DNA of 60,138 bases, filler included, from Stramenopiles sp. TOSAG23-6 (lineage: Eukaryota), in NCBI GenBank assembly GCA_900128565.1. It is 13 parts of 13 records of this genome, joined end to end, with 100 filler letters (N's around TTAATTAATTAA, not from the genome) between each part and the next. Parts side by side here need not be neighbours in the genome. Positions count along the whole stretch, not along the records: positions 18,573 to 23,111 come from LT637140.1; positions 23,212 to 27,748 come from LT637141.1; positions 27,849 to 32,384 come from LT637142.1; positions 32,485 to 37,017 come from LT637143.1; 9 more parts are not named here. One strand, written 5' to 3'. The position numbers and the translations under genes were made by a program. Each line of letters begins with the position of its first letter. Position 1 is the stretch's first letter. The notes below the pieces were generated by a model. That model was not told the origin of the DNA. It did not search any database and saw only the letters and a program-made list of their open reading frames with translations. This document shows, in pieces, positions 21,309-33,777 of the stretch.

Positions 21309-23111
21309 CTATTGGCCTTGAAGAAAATTAATTAATTCAGAGACGTTGTTACCTGGTGGTTTTCTACGAAATGAACTGCCATTACTAAAGCGATTTGCTT
21401 TGTATATCTCCGTTTGTTTCTCAGTGGTAGATTCAGAGTTTGAGCATGACTCTTCACTAAAATCAGAATCGCCTAAATCGTCTAAGTTCTCTGTGAAGCT
21501 TCCATCGTCAGACGTTTTGTTTGAAGTTTCATTTTTGGATTTCAACTTTCCGATAAGTGTTTCACACAATAAATGTGCGGCGTGTGGATTACTTTTCAAT
21601 GGTGAATTAAAGTGATGAAATAGATTCATAAGATATAAACGAAGACTTCTAATGTTCGCATCGTTGGCATCAACTCTTTCGAATTTAAAATTCGTTTCAA
21701 TATATTGTAACGCTAATGACAATACATCGTTTAATTGCTCAACTGCATCAGTTTCACTGACGTTCTTGCTGGTGTTCTCGAATGAATCTGAATTTTCTAC
21801 GACTGGGACAGTGGAATCTTTCGAATTATTTATTTTTACCTCTTCACATTTAACAAGCGAGTTTATTTTTTCAAAATTTTTCGCTTCTTCGTATCCAAGT
21901 TTTACAAGGTTCATACGCATTTGACACGTAAGATCATCATCCGTTCCTTGGATTTTTAATCTCTCTTCTAGAGACGATTCTAACAAAATGCGGCGATTTC
22001 TTAAGGAATCTGCAATTTGCTGATATTTTTCAAAACGAGTACGTCTTGATGTTGGACGAGTATCCACTTTATCCAAATTCATATTTGACATTCCTGTTTT
22101 ATCATTTTTCTTATTTTTTAATGTGACATGCTGTGAAAGTACACGAAGTTCTGTCAGAAGTTTTGCTTCTTCAAATCCAAGTTGAATTATTTTCATTCGT
22201 ATATTACAGTTGGTTTCATCATCAATGTTGGTCTGCATTGATTTTTTCTTTAATAACTCTATTAAAGTCAAACGTTTCCGTCGTACATCCAGCAATGATT
22301 CATTGGTCGACTCGAATAAACTTTTATCGAAGCAAGGTGTATCGGTCTCATATGAGTCATATTTTTGAATATTCTTCAGATTTTTAATATCTGAATTTGA
22401 AAGACATTGTGATAACTTCTGGAGTTGTTCTTCGAGAGTCGATATTTGTGAGAGCATTAATGAAAGTCTTTCTTTTTCTTTATCACTGTCTACAGAATCC
22501 ATATAATCACTATGTGTACGTGACAACAATTTGAGGTGCTCATCAAGTTTTTCTTGAAACATCATAGAAGTCTTCATTAAATCAGTATTTTTATGCACGT
22601 CCCCAGGTAGAAAATAACTAATTTGTTGACTCCAAAATGAACATAAATCATATACTATGTCACTAGATGTAATATTCCATAATTTTACTGCTTGATCTGG
22701 TCGAGAGTATTTCTCTAAAGAGTCCAACTTTTCATTACATGTTAAAGCATCCGATAACAAATGTTTTGCCTTCATGAGAGAAAATGTATCAATAGTTCTT
22801 AGTTTGATTTTTGAAAAGTTTTCTTCAAAGTTTTCTAACAAATTTACAAGTTGAATTCGCAGCGAAGATATTTGATATGTTGAATTCGAATCAGATAACT
22901 TTATAACCTGAGCATTTGATAGTATACCTTTTATATTACAGTTGGCTATATCTAACCAAGCGAAACTGCCACCTGAACATTCATTTACCGCTTGTGAGGG
23001 TTTCATGGAAGCTGTACTCGTAACTTTATGATCTTCAGCTGATTTTGGAGTATCTGTTTTTGGACCATCTGATTTTGGAGAATCTGTTTTTGGAGTTGGT
23101 AATATTTCCAC
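21309..23111 (-). CDS. Hypothetical coiled-coil protein, 5'-truncated
   Basis: 600-codon open frame reaching the contig edge; internal repeat (DDETNCNIRMKIIQLGFEEAK / DDDLTCQMRMNLVKLGYEEAK). Confidence 0.75.
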   Translation of the reverse strand: MEILPTPKTDSPKSDGPKTDTPKSAEDHKVTSTASMKPSQAVNECSGGSFAWLDIANCNIKGILSNAQVIKLSDSNSTYQISSLRIQLVNLLENFEENFSKIKLRTIDTFSLMKAKHLLSDALTCNEKLDSLEKYSRPDQAVKLWNITSSDIVYDLCSFWSQQISYFLPGDVHKNTDLMKTSMMFQEKLDEHLKLLSRTHSDYMDSVDSDKEKERLSLMLSQISTLEEQLQKLSQCLSNSDIKNLKNIQKYDSYETDTPCFDKSLFESTNESLLDVRRKRLTLIELLKKKSMQTNIDDETNCNIRMKIIQLGFEEAKLLTELRVLSQHVTLKNKKNDKTGMSNMNLDKVDTRPTSRRTRFEKYQQIADSLRNRRILLESSLEERLKIQGTDDDLTCQMRMNLVKLGYEEAKNFEKINSLVKCEEVKINNSKDSTVPVVENSDSFENTSKNVSETDAVEQLNDVLSLALQYIETNFKFERVDANDANIRSLRLYLMNLFHHFNSPLKSNPHAAHLLCETLIGKLKSKNETSNKTSDDGSFTENLDDLGDSDFSEESCSNSESTTEKQTEIYKANRFSNGSSFRRKPPGNNVSELINFLQGQ

Positions 23112-23663
23112 NNNNNNNNNNNNNNNNNNNNNNNNNNNNNNNNNNNNNNNNNNNNTTAATTAATTAANNNNNNNNNNNNNNNNNNNNNNNNNNNNNNNNN
23201 NNNNNNNNNNNTGGGTAGTACACACGAAGGGGATGATGATGATGCAGATGCAGTCAGTTCGCGCAGCAGTTCCCGGTACTAGGCTTTCGATTTTCGTTTT
23301 TTTCGTTTTGAAACAATAAAATAATTGTGTTTCAACTTTCAAAGACAAAACTCGGATTAAGTTCCTTCATTCATGTCTTTTTATTTTTCAAGTATTTATA
23401 CTTCTCTAGAATTTAGATTTACAATTTACAAATTGTTTCTTTTGTTTTGAGATAACCACAGAGAAGACAATAAGGTTTCGTTCTGTTGAATCAATTGAGA
23501 TTCATTTACTACTATATATCGGGTTCATACTCTGATGAAAAAAAATTGAAATTCATTGTGAATACTCTTCCCCAGCATATAGAGTGATACCGACTGATAC
23601 ATTTTATATAGAAGTAAAAAACGCCAAAATTTAACAAACAAAAGTAATATTCAAGAATTACAA

Positions 23664-24551
23664 ATGAATTCTGGAACTTGGAAAGCTCATGAACATCAAC
23701 TATTTTTGAAAGGCGTTGAACAATATGGTAAAAATTGGAAACTTATAGGTAATATTGTAAAGACAAGATCTCTGACACAAATTCGGACGCATGCACAAAA
23801 ATACTTTTTAAAGTTAGAAAAAATGAACAAACATCAAGTATATTCTCACAGCAAGATAGATAAAGATACAGCATCCCATATACAGCTCCAAAACAATCAA
23901 GTACAGAATATTATATATAATCAAAAATATTCTTTACACCAACACCTTAAGAGACATGCCACAGAACAAATTCGAAATTCGTTAGGTACGGAATTTGGTA
24001 TAAAAGTCACAGAGAATGACAAAAATGATCAAACACATCTTTTACTTGATCAGCAAAATCGATATCACATCACAGAATCTTTAAATACTATTAAAAAAAA
24101 TACATTTGATCCTTCCTCAACAATGTTAAACTCGTTAGGTACAAAATTTGGTACAAAACAAAATAAAATCGGGCCAAACAAAACAAAAAAAAAAAGAAAT
24201 AAAAAAAAACTATTGAAAACGAAAAAAAAAAGTACTTGTAAAAGTCAGTCTCTATTCAATAAATCGTTAGATACAGAGTGTATTACAAGTGCTAGAAAAA
24301 GTTATATTTTGGAAGACGTACAATGTCAAAATTTTCAAGTTGCTTTTCAAAAATCATTAGGTACAAAATATGGTACAGATTGTTCAATTCCGAATATACT
24401 AGTACCAGGTAATAATAAAAGAAAGATTTATTCTGCAAAGTTTGATATAAATGATATAAAGAAGAAATCTTACCCTANAAAAAAAAAAAAATCTCGGAAA
24501 TCAAAACAAATATTTCATTTTATTCAAGAAGAAGATCTTTTTTGGACTTAG
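23664..24551 (+). CDS. SHAQKYF-class single Myb transcription factor
   Basis: GTWKAHEHQLFLKGVEQYGKNWKLIGNIVKTRSLTQIRTHAQKYF. Confidence 0.92.
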   Translation: MNSGTWKAHEHQLFLKGVEQYGKNWKLIGNIVKTRSLTQIRTHAQKYFLKLEKMNKHQVYSHSKIDKDTASHIQLQNNQVQNIIYNQKYSLHQHLKRHATEQIRNSLGTEFGIKVTENDKNDQTHLLLDQQNRYHITESLNTIKKNTFDPSSTMLNSLGTKFGTKQNKIGPNKTKKKRNKKKLLKTKKKSTCKSQSLFNKSLDTECITSARKSYILEDVQCQNFQVAFQKSLGTKYGTDCSIPNILVPGNNKRKIYSAKFDINDIKKKSYPXKKKKSRKSKQIFHFIQEEDLFWT

Positions 24552-24847
24552 TCATTTAAAGAAGAAAAGATTAAATAAGAAAAGTTGCTGAGTGTTGGAC
24601 AAGTCTTTTCATTTTATACATTACAAATCTAGAAATATGTAGAAATTTCATTCAACTTCGTTTATATTAATGAAGCGTCAAATTATCTCAAAATCACTCC
24701 AAAAATAAATGAATAATAAATACTTTTCTCGAGGGTTAGGGTTGTAAATATTCCCAAATTCGAATTGGATATTTTTTGTAAAGTATGTTGTCAAATATTA
24801 TATTCTTTACATAAAAAAAGGATATCAAAACCCAAACTATCCATTGT

Positions 24848-25585
24848 TTAGTTATATACCTTTCGCTTTCTCTTACGTTTCCCTTGAAGTAAAACAGGTT
24901 CATCTGAGTTGGATGACGTCATACTATTTCGATTTCTTTTTTTGTTAGGGTTAGGGTTTATAGTCGATGACGAGCTTTCAATATCATCTTCATCAATAGT
25001 ATTTTCTTGATAATCTGTTCCATCATCATTAATATCATCGGACTCTTCCTCATCATCTTCTTCAGTTTCATCTGTCGCATCTTCACTATCTTCACTGTCT
25101 TCTNCATCATCTGAACTCTCAACGTCCTCGTTTGTCTCTCCTCCTTCAACCAAAATTTTTTCTACTAATTTTATAGGCTTAAAGTCAGAAAAATTATTTA
25201 AGATTTTATTTGCTTTATATGTAGAGCTATATCCAGGAAGAGGTGAAGTGGATCGAGAAGGGGAAACTGAATGTATAACATTGAAACCAGTCATATTTGC
25301 AGTATTACAACCACCAGTATATGAAGAAAATGAAAAAAGTCTTTCTTGATCAGGAACCTTGTGCCTTTTAGAAAATCGCTCTTTATCTTTTAATGTACGA
25401 TGATCGAGTAAACCTTCCCAACCACGACATATGTTTCCTACTAGTTGTGTTTCCTGTAAATAAACAGTTTCTGCGTTAAACACAGATTTTTCAGTCTCGT
25501 CAAGTTCATCTTTTAATATTTTGAGGTGTTGTTGCAATGACTTCATTTGTTGCGTTGGTTCCTTCCCAGAGACAGAAGAATTCAT
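24848..25585 (-). CDS. EAF6: NuA4 histone acetyltransferase subunit Eaf6/MEAF6
   Basis: EKSVFNAETVYLQET...GNICRGWEG...ERLFSFSS. Confidence 0.85.
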   Translation of the reverse strand: MNSSVSGKEPTQQMKSLQQHLKILKDELDETEKSVFNAETVYLQETQLVGNICRGWEGLLDHRTLKDKERFSKRHKVPDQERLFSFSSYTGGCNTANMTGFNVIHSVSPSRSTSPLPGYSSTYKANKILNNFSDFKPIKLVEKILVEGGETNEDVESSDDXEDSEDSEDATDETEEDDEEESDDINDDGTDYQENTIDEDDIESSSSTINPNPNKKRNRNSMTSSNSDEPVLLQGKRKRKRKVYN

Positions 25586-25984
25586 CGTATATGCTCACTA
25601 CACAGAAAAACGCTAAATAACCCAAGTAATGAACTCTTAACTAAATGAAGAACTCAGAGTAACACATCTTATCAAAAAGAATTTTTTTTCAGGAGTCTGT
25701 TCGCAGAGCTGCTCGTCAAAAACTCATGTGAACATGTTACAAAATTGTTGTTTGTTCGAACTCGAACTTTTTGCGAAAAAATTTTAATGAAAATACTTTT
25801 TTTACCGGGTACCACCAAACGCAAATAAATGTAACTGCTTTGCAACAACTTGCAAACTTTGGCCATTTGCAAACGACGAAATTAAACTTTTAGCTTATTA
25901 GAATTTATAATCTCGAAGCGTAAATCTTTGAAGAAACGATTTTCGTTTAATATTCGACATACAAATGCAATAAACATTATCTAG

Positions 25985-27748
25985 TTGTATCATACTATGA
26001 CAGATAATACTCTACAAAATATAAAACCATGGACAACAATCCAATCAAATATGAGTATGTATACAATAGTAGTTTCATTAGGAAAAACTGATCAATCAAA
26101 ACAACCTCAAAGTCTCAACTTGAAGAGTTTACTCCCTCCTGAGAGAACGATATGGAATCCAAAATGTGTTCAATTCGTAACGGAGAGAACTTGTAATGTC
26201 ATTGTTGAATATGTACCAGACAAGTATATATTATTAAAACTTAAAAAAAATGGAAATGAAGAAAATTTCCACATTATTTCAACAACTCGAGATGTCAACT
26301 ATCCGCTTGATCCGCTTGACACTTTGTCTCTAACGAGATCAACTATGAATTCAAAAGATCAAAGGCATAATACAAATAATAATAATTATAAAAAAAATAA
26401 TAAGAGTTTTATTATCACAGTAGAGGAATTAATGGATATTTTTCAACAATTTGGTACAAAAAAAAAAGGATGTCTCACACTTGACGAAATATATCTTATA
26501 TTTCAACATATGGATATAGAATATACAACACACGACATTAATCAATTACTTGTAAAAACTAAAATTCATGATCAAAATACACAAAACATTAATTTTGAAG
26601 AATTTATATATATATTTCGTGTCTTGTATAAAAAAAAAGGAGGTTCTATAGTAGCACAAAAATTTTCGAAAAATCCAAATCAAAAGTTTTCGAAAAATCC
26701 AGAATTTAATCAAACAAGAGCCATCATACAAACTATACGTAAGAAAGTAACACGAAATCATTTACTTATTCAAAATTTGAAATCTCAATTTATTAATTAC
26801 GAGCAACAAATCTCAATAATGGATAATTTATCTCAATTCTCTGCATTACAAGAAGAATTAGAAAGAGCAAAACATGAAAAAAAAAATTTAATTGAATTAA
26901 AATATGAAATGGAACATCAACATCAAGGATGGCTTCAAGATTTAAACAATATCCAAAATCAAGAAAAAAAAAGACATTTTGAATAAAATTAAATATCAAG
27001 AGTCATTACACAATGAAGAAAAACAAAGATTATTAAATATGCAAAGTTTATATAATGATAATTTCAATGAAATAATGAATCGTGTTTTTGAAATGAAAAG
27101 CAATTTAATAAAAATTAGTGAATTTTCAAGATTTTGTGTACAAAATACNGAAAAAGATTGTCAACAATGGCAAAATGCACAACAGATCGCATCGGATAGT
27201 AATAAATTATATCATATTGGTGATTCAGCTGGAATTGAATATTCCTCACATTTATTCAATTCTGCTCAAGATATATCCAAATTTTTACAGGAGAAAACAT
27301 CAGCATTGGAAGCTTGGTTGTTTGAAAAGACAAAAATAACGAAAAAAACACAAAATGAATATCAATTACGCATCGTTGATGTTAGAAAACAGCGGGAAGA
27401 ATTTCAAGAAAATGAAGATGAACTAAAAAAAATATTCGAAAAAGAAAAATTAAAAATAAAACAGGTGAAATTTGATTTGGAAAATGTCAAAGTAAAACAC
27501 GAAAAACTACTCGAAGAAATTACAATGAAACAAAAACACAAAAATGATAAACAAAAAATTGATACATTAGAAATTGAAATTGAGAATGTCCAAAAAGAAA
27601 TATCGGAACTATTTGATAAAAGATACACTACTGGTCTAGTTTATTTAAAGAAAGAAAAAAAACTAAATTTAAAATTACATGCAATGCACATGTTACAAAT
27701 TGAGCTTGGAGAATTTTGTGTAGTTATGAATCATATAAAAAATCATCC
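25985..27748 (+). CDS. EF-hand plus coiled-coil protein; frameshift in the A-run near 26965, 3'-truncated
   Basis: EF-hand-like IFQQFGTKKKGCLTLDEI and NINFEEFIYIF; the two ORFs overlap at a poly-A tract, so the shift is probably a sequencing error. Confidence 0.6.
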
Positions 27749-27868
27749 NNNNNNNNNNNNNNNNNNNNNNNNNNNNNNNNNNNNNNNNNNNNTTAATTAA
27801 TTAANNNNNNNNNNNNNNNNNNNNNNNNNNNNNNNNNNNNNNNNNNNNTTTTTAGGAAAAAAATTTGG

Positions 27869-27905
<37 letters not shown>

Positions 27906-27922
27906 TATGATCAAAAACGTAC

Positions 27923-30900
27923 ATCATACTATTTTCCCAATGTCTATCTTCAAGTTTAGTCATATCTAGTTCATTATAATTTAACCATCCCCATGATGCA
28001 TAATGTGTTTTCATAGAGGATACAGTCCTAAAGGGATTCATTAATTCATGCTGCTGTCCTATATTATATTTTTGTTTTGCAGCAATTTGCAGGGCTGACC
28101 ATGTATTTTGGAAAAATATTTCAAAATTTTTTTACCAAAAAATAAAAAAAATTTGTTAGGTACAAAATTTACTATGAAAAACAAATTACAAAAAAAAAAA
28201 TTGAAAAAAAATAAAACATACATACGTGATCAAACGAAAAATACGCGGTAAAGAATCGTTGTTTTCCTTCTACGGTTGGATCCATAGATTTTGATTGAAG
28301 TATTTTATGATAATTATCATGCCATTCATATTCATGAATTTCTGACCAATATTCTCTTCCACTATCAAACAAATCGACTTCACCTGTTGGATCTTTGCAT
28401 GTCATGGCTTTATCATCATTAGGTCTAATCCAACCAATATGTTCAGTTGTATTAAAGTCAGGGTTCTTATCATCATCAGGATAATTATGACAATGCATCG
28501 TTCGACTTAAAATTCTGTTTTCATTATTTTCATTATTTAGAATTCTGTTTTTATTGTTTGTATTGTTTTTATTGTTTGTATTGTTTTTATTGTTTTTATT
28601 GTTTGTATTGTTTGTATTGTTTGTATTGTTTTTATTGTTTGTATTGTTTGTATTGTTTGTATTGAATATATTGTTTGTATTGGATTGTTTTAATGGTTGA
28701 GTAGTTTTGATCATTCCATTGAGATTTTTGTTTTCATTGCAATGTACACTAGTATTAGTAGATGTACAACAGCTTTTTTTACACTTTTGTTTAGACTTTT
28801 GTGTACGTTTTTTATGACGTTTTATTCGACGTATTTCGTGATAACCACTACCTATCAAGATATTATAATACGCAATTTTTGTTTGAGTATATTTCTCGTC
28901 AACATGAATTTTGGAAAAATATTTCAAAAAAAAATATAAAAAAAATTGTTAGGTACAAAATTTCGTATGAAAAAATAAATCGATTTTTTTTTACCGTAAA
29001 AAAAAAAAAAAAATAAAACATACATGTCTAGGTAGTGGTAATAATTTAGAATAAAAGTAATCATCCTCATATGTATTTTCATAAAACAGAGAATGCCATG
29101 TTTCCTTTTCTTCAAATCCAACCGTTGCTAAAGCATAAATACATCTTTCTTGATATACACCAAGCTCTTGGCTCCATTTAGTTTCAAGTTTTACTTCAGC
29201 TTTTTCAATACTTCTTTGTAATAATATTCGACGAGCAGCGCGAAGTTTTTTACTTTTTCTGTTTTCAATATTATCAAAACAAAACAATAATTTAAATTCT
29301 TTATCGTGAAGCTTTAATAAAGAATACCTATGTATTTTGGAAAAATATTTCAAAAAAAAAAAAAAAGAATTTGTTAGGTACAACATTTACTATCAAAAAA
29401 TAAATTTAGACAAAATATTTCAAAAAATATTTCAAAAAAAAAAAATTAAATTTTTTTTTGTTAGGTACAAAATTTCGTACGAAAAAATAAATTTAGACAA
29501 AATATTTCAAAAAATAAAACATACATACTGATGTAATCTCCAATCTACTGACCAAGATTGTCCAATATAATCATCTACTTTTGGTAGTAGAGGACATTTT
29601 CCATTACTTCTGCATAGTGAAAAATATTTTTTTTTTAAAAGTATTTACAATAAAAAACATAAAGTACAAAAAATAAAAAAAAATAAAAAAGTAGAAAAAT
29701 TCATGATGAAAAAATACATTTCAATTATAAAATTACTATACAACCGACGAATAGTACGATACCCATGAACATCACTGCTTTTCATAAAAGTTCTTTTAAG
29801 TGATAATGGAGAATCACCCGCGAAATTGTCCCTCAGTACTCTAATTAATTGTGGCCAAAACCCGTGTTGTGAAAAAATATTTCAATTTTTTTTTTAAATT
29901 TTGTTAGGTACAAATTTTACTATGAAAAAAAAAATATAGATAAAAAATTGAAAAAAAACACGTACGTGCATATATACTTATTATTCGTCTTTACCTTTCG
30001 GCAATTTAGAATGAGTGAGTATAATTCATTATCACTCTTTTTTGAATATTTTGTAGTAATAGATTTATCTTTTCGATAAAATCTTTTCCTTGATATGGCA
30101 TGTGCAAGATTTTCTTGTTGCATATTCTTCATGTTCCATGTATCTTTATGTTTTTTGTCTTCAACAACAACAACTTCTTTTGTAGATGATGATTTTTTGT
30201 CTTCAACAACAACTTCTTTTGTAGATGATGATTTTTTGTCTTCAACAACAACATCTTCTTTTGTAGATGATGATTCTTTTTTGTCTTCAACAACAACAAC
30301 TTCTTTTGTAGATGATAATTCTTTTTTGTCTTCAACAACAACAACTTCTTTTGTAGATGATATTTTTTTGTCTTCAACAACAACATCTTCTTTTGTAGAT
30401 GATGATGTTTTGTCTTCAACAACAACTTCTTTTGTGGATGATAATTCTTTTTTGTCAACAACAACTTCTTTTGTAGATGATAATTCTTTTTTGTCAACAA
30501 CAACTTCTTTTGTAGATGATAATTCGCTTTCGTCTAGTCCGCATTTTTCTTCGCTTTCGTCTCCGTATATTTCTTCATAATCATCCAAGTCAATTTCCTC
30601 ATCAAGCTTTTTACGCAAGAAATTATTCATAAGATATAAGTATATGTAATGGTGGAGGACAGATTCTTCTGGAAGTGGTTCTGACGGTACGAGGAGTCCG
30701 ACAGCAATATCAAAGACGAGGCTAAAAATAAGATGTGGAGGAAGCATTCGAATAAGTTTATCTCCTTGAAAGCCCACGTAACCATTAAAGTCCTCCCAAA
30801 GCTCCTGTTGGCCATAAAACATATTGCGTGCCCCAGTATTTTTATGGTCATGGAAGAATATAAGAAGTATAAATTGGAAGAGCTTTCGTTCAGCACCTTT

Positions 30901-31041
30901 TAACTTTCCAACTCCAATGAACCCAATTTGCTTGCGTTTCTCGAAACCAACAGGTGAAATGATATGCTTACCATACTTTTGATATAATATCTGATCACTC
31001 TCTGCCAAATCAAAGAATTCTTTCATATGCCTAGGGTCCAT
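27923..31041 (-). CDS. Hypothetical protein, >=6 exons (31041-29966, 29861-29718, 29609-29525, 29329-29024, 28903-28222, 28100-27923), 3'-truncated
   Basis: One continuous frame after removing five family introns (GT-GG, GT-AG, 3x GT-AT); contains K/E/V and Asn repeats. Confidence 0.7.
30155..30523 (-). repeat. Coding minisatellite (about 36-42 bp, SSTKEVVVEDKK-like units)
   Basis: Repeated acaacaacttcttttgtagatgat units. Confidence 0.9.
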
Positions 31042-31304
31042 TATTGTACGTACTACTAGAAAATAAATGTATTGAATTAGCAACAAAATGCTAGAAAAAA
31101 TATGTCATATGTAGGTTCTTGATTGACTAGAGAATACCTTACACCTTACACGTGTATAAGGGAAATTTGATTTGCTACGCATTTGCTACCATTTTCGCGA
31201 TTTAGATTATATAATAAATTAATAAATTGGCGAGATATTTGTTGATTTTTATTCTTTTTTTTTTATTGTACATATACCTTTGGTAGTAGTAGCCCATTTA
31301 TCAG

Positions 31305-32262
31305 CTAGCAACCATATGGGGATGGTGTACTTGGAGAAGAGACATCGGAAGCAGAGGAAGAAAAAAATGGATCTCTTGAATTGCTTTCGTATCCCCATCC
31401 CCATCCAAAATCATCCGTATTTAATTCCGTACTTAAATCATCCATAGGGTTAGGGTTAGGGTTATATTTTGTTTCCTTCAAAGGTGGCAAAGCACCTGAA
31501 TGAAAGCGAACATTTGTTTGTATTCTACCTGCTGATGCACATCGTTTTATTTCCGTTGATTTTTGAAATGGTAATTGGGGAGTAATTGGTGAAGCACACC
31601 GCCCTAGTACGTACAACAATATTTCAAAAAAAATCAAAATGTTTTTGTTAGGTACAAAATTTCATATAAAAACAAAAAAACAAAAAAAACAAAAAAAAAA
31701 TTTAAAAAAAAAAAAAAAAAATTAAATTCATACTAAAATCGTACAATCTCGAACACTAAACCTGCGTCGTTTTGTTTTTATTGTTTTCTTTGCATTTTCA
31801 TTGACTTTTCGTGTTTCTCCTTTAGAAGAATTTCGACGATTTCGACGATTTGTTTTTTTTGTATTTGCTTTTGATTGGCATTTTTGTAAATAAGGATTTC
31901 TTCCAAGAGATACTAAATTTAAATGCGATCGTTTGATTTTTCGACCTCGTGCAAAAATATGTAAATAAAATTCACGATGACCTGTTCGTCGACGTCCGTG
32001 AGGTAATGTTGCAATGGCCATGTATTTTGGAAAAATATTTCAAAGAAAAAAACTAAAATTTGTTAGGTACAAAATTTCGTACGAAAAAAAATTTCGATAT
32101 TTTTGTAAAAAAAAAAAAAAGTAAAACATACATATGATCCATCGTAATCTCAGGAGAAAAATACCACACACCTTTTTTAGGCTCTTTAGTAATACTATTA
32201 ATATTTAATTCTGTATTATTAATACCATGTTCTTCCTCTGGAGGAATCAAAGGTGCATGTGC
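31305..32262 (-). CDS. 3' part of a hypothetical protein; exons 32262-32132, 32019-31745, 31603-31305
   Basis: Phases match across a GT-AT intron (32131-32020) and a GT-AG intron (31744-31604). Confidence 0.6.
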
Positions 32263-32484
32263 ATGTATTTTGGAAAAATATATATTTTTTTTGTTAGGTA
32301 TGAATTGTTCTACCAAAAAAAAAAAAAAAAAAAAAAAAAAAAANTTATTTTTTTTTNGGAAAAAAATTTCGTAAAAAAAAAAAANNNNNNNNNNNNNNNN
32401 NNNNNNNNNNNNNNNNNNNNNNNNNNNNTTAATTAATTAANNNNNNNNNNNNNNNNNNNNNNNNNNNNNNNNNNNNNNNNNNNN

Positions 32485-33777
32485 AGCAGTAAATGCCGTA
32501 CATGTACAGCTGGACACTTNCNTTGTATNTTTTTTTTTTATTTCAAGAATTTTTTTTTTATTTCAAGATTTTTTTTTTCATAGTAAATTTTGTACCTAAC
32601 AATTTTTTAATTTACTATATTTTCAAGTACCACATAACTATTCTCGCAAATCAAGCCCTTGGTTTGCAAGAAAAACTCCTCTGTGAATCGTTCAATCTGT
32701 ATGTCGATGTACAAGAAAGACATAGTCTTTCTAAGCTTGGCTACAATGAGAAGCAAATCGCATTACATATGGTTGGCTCTGTTGGTCATAATACGAGTAT
32801 AGATGTAAGTTGATTTTTTTTTTATGTATCTAATTTTTTATTATAAGAAACACCCAATTTGGGATATTAATTAAGGATATTGACACAAAATTTCATACTA
32901 ACTTTTTAAAATTAACTTTCAGATATCATTATAAACAGGCTTCTAAGCATTGTCCATCAGAAACTATAACATTAATCAATCAGCTAGACCAAACGGAATT
33001 GTCAGAATTGGAAAAAATCCGGTACCACAATATAAAAGAAAATTGTGAGTTCCTCATTTCCATTGGTTTAAATGATCATGGAGATACCAATTTTTTCGAC
33101 GGACAATTTCCTATTTCATCAATGGTAATTTTCATTTTGTTTTTTTAGTTTTTTTTATTCCATTTTTTTATTTCATGTTTTTTCATGATACATATTTTTT
33201 CACCATATTTTTTCACCTTACAGATAACGCGTAATTATTTCGCTTTTCTTCATTTGGATCCCACCGACTTTTCAAAACTTTTCACAACATGTAGTTATGA
33301 AAACATCGGTGGGAAAGTCATTTCGCATTTCGTTTTGGGAAATTTAATAATTTCCAAGAAACAACCGTACAAATCGATTGACGTTTCTCTTGTGAAAACC
33401 TCTTCAGATATTTCATTTCAATTGAAATCTGAAGTTTCAATTTCTTTCCCTGCAAAAAGGGTATTCCATGTAAGTTTAATTTTTTTTTATTTTTTTTTAT
33501 TTTTTATCTAAATTTTTTTTCGTACGAAATTTTGTACCTAACAAATTTTACAGAACAAAAAAAATTCACAATATATGCCACTTCAGAGCCATACGTCATT
33601 GATAATGGGGAGCTCTTAGCATGGGGCAATTGCCCTGAGCAAAAGGCTGCTCGAGCTGCAGCTAGAAGAGCTAATGCTATGCCAAGAGGCCCTGAAAGAG
33701 ATGTAGCCATGAATCAAGCTAGATTGGAGTTGAATAGACTAAATTTAAGTGTTGTTCAACCTTATCATAAATTATAA
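32485..33777 (+). CDS. Multi-exon hypothetical protein fragment (some junctions uncertain)
   Basis: Introns 33125-33223 (GT-AG) and 33470-33576 (GT-AT) keep frame; the junction near 32805-32925 is unresolved. Confidence 0.4.

Noticed and set aside
26960-26990. Programmed frameshift between ORFs 25985-26986 and 26979-27800
   Set aside because: Falls in an A homopolymer in a contig with ambiguous bases; a sequencing error is more likely.
30095-30580. Antisense and alternate-frame ORFs over repeats (also 4026-4538, 6180-6502, 17151-17354, 59601-59995)
   Set aside because: Shadows of low-complexity coding repeats on the real strand.
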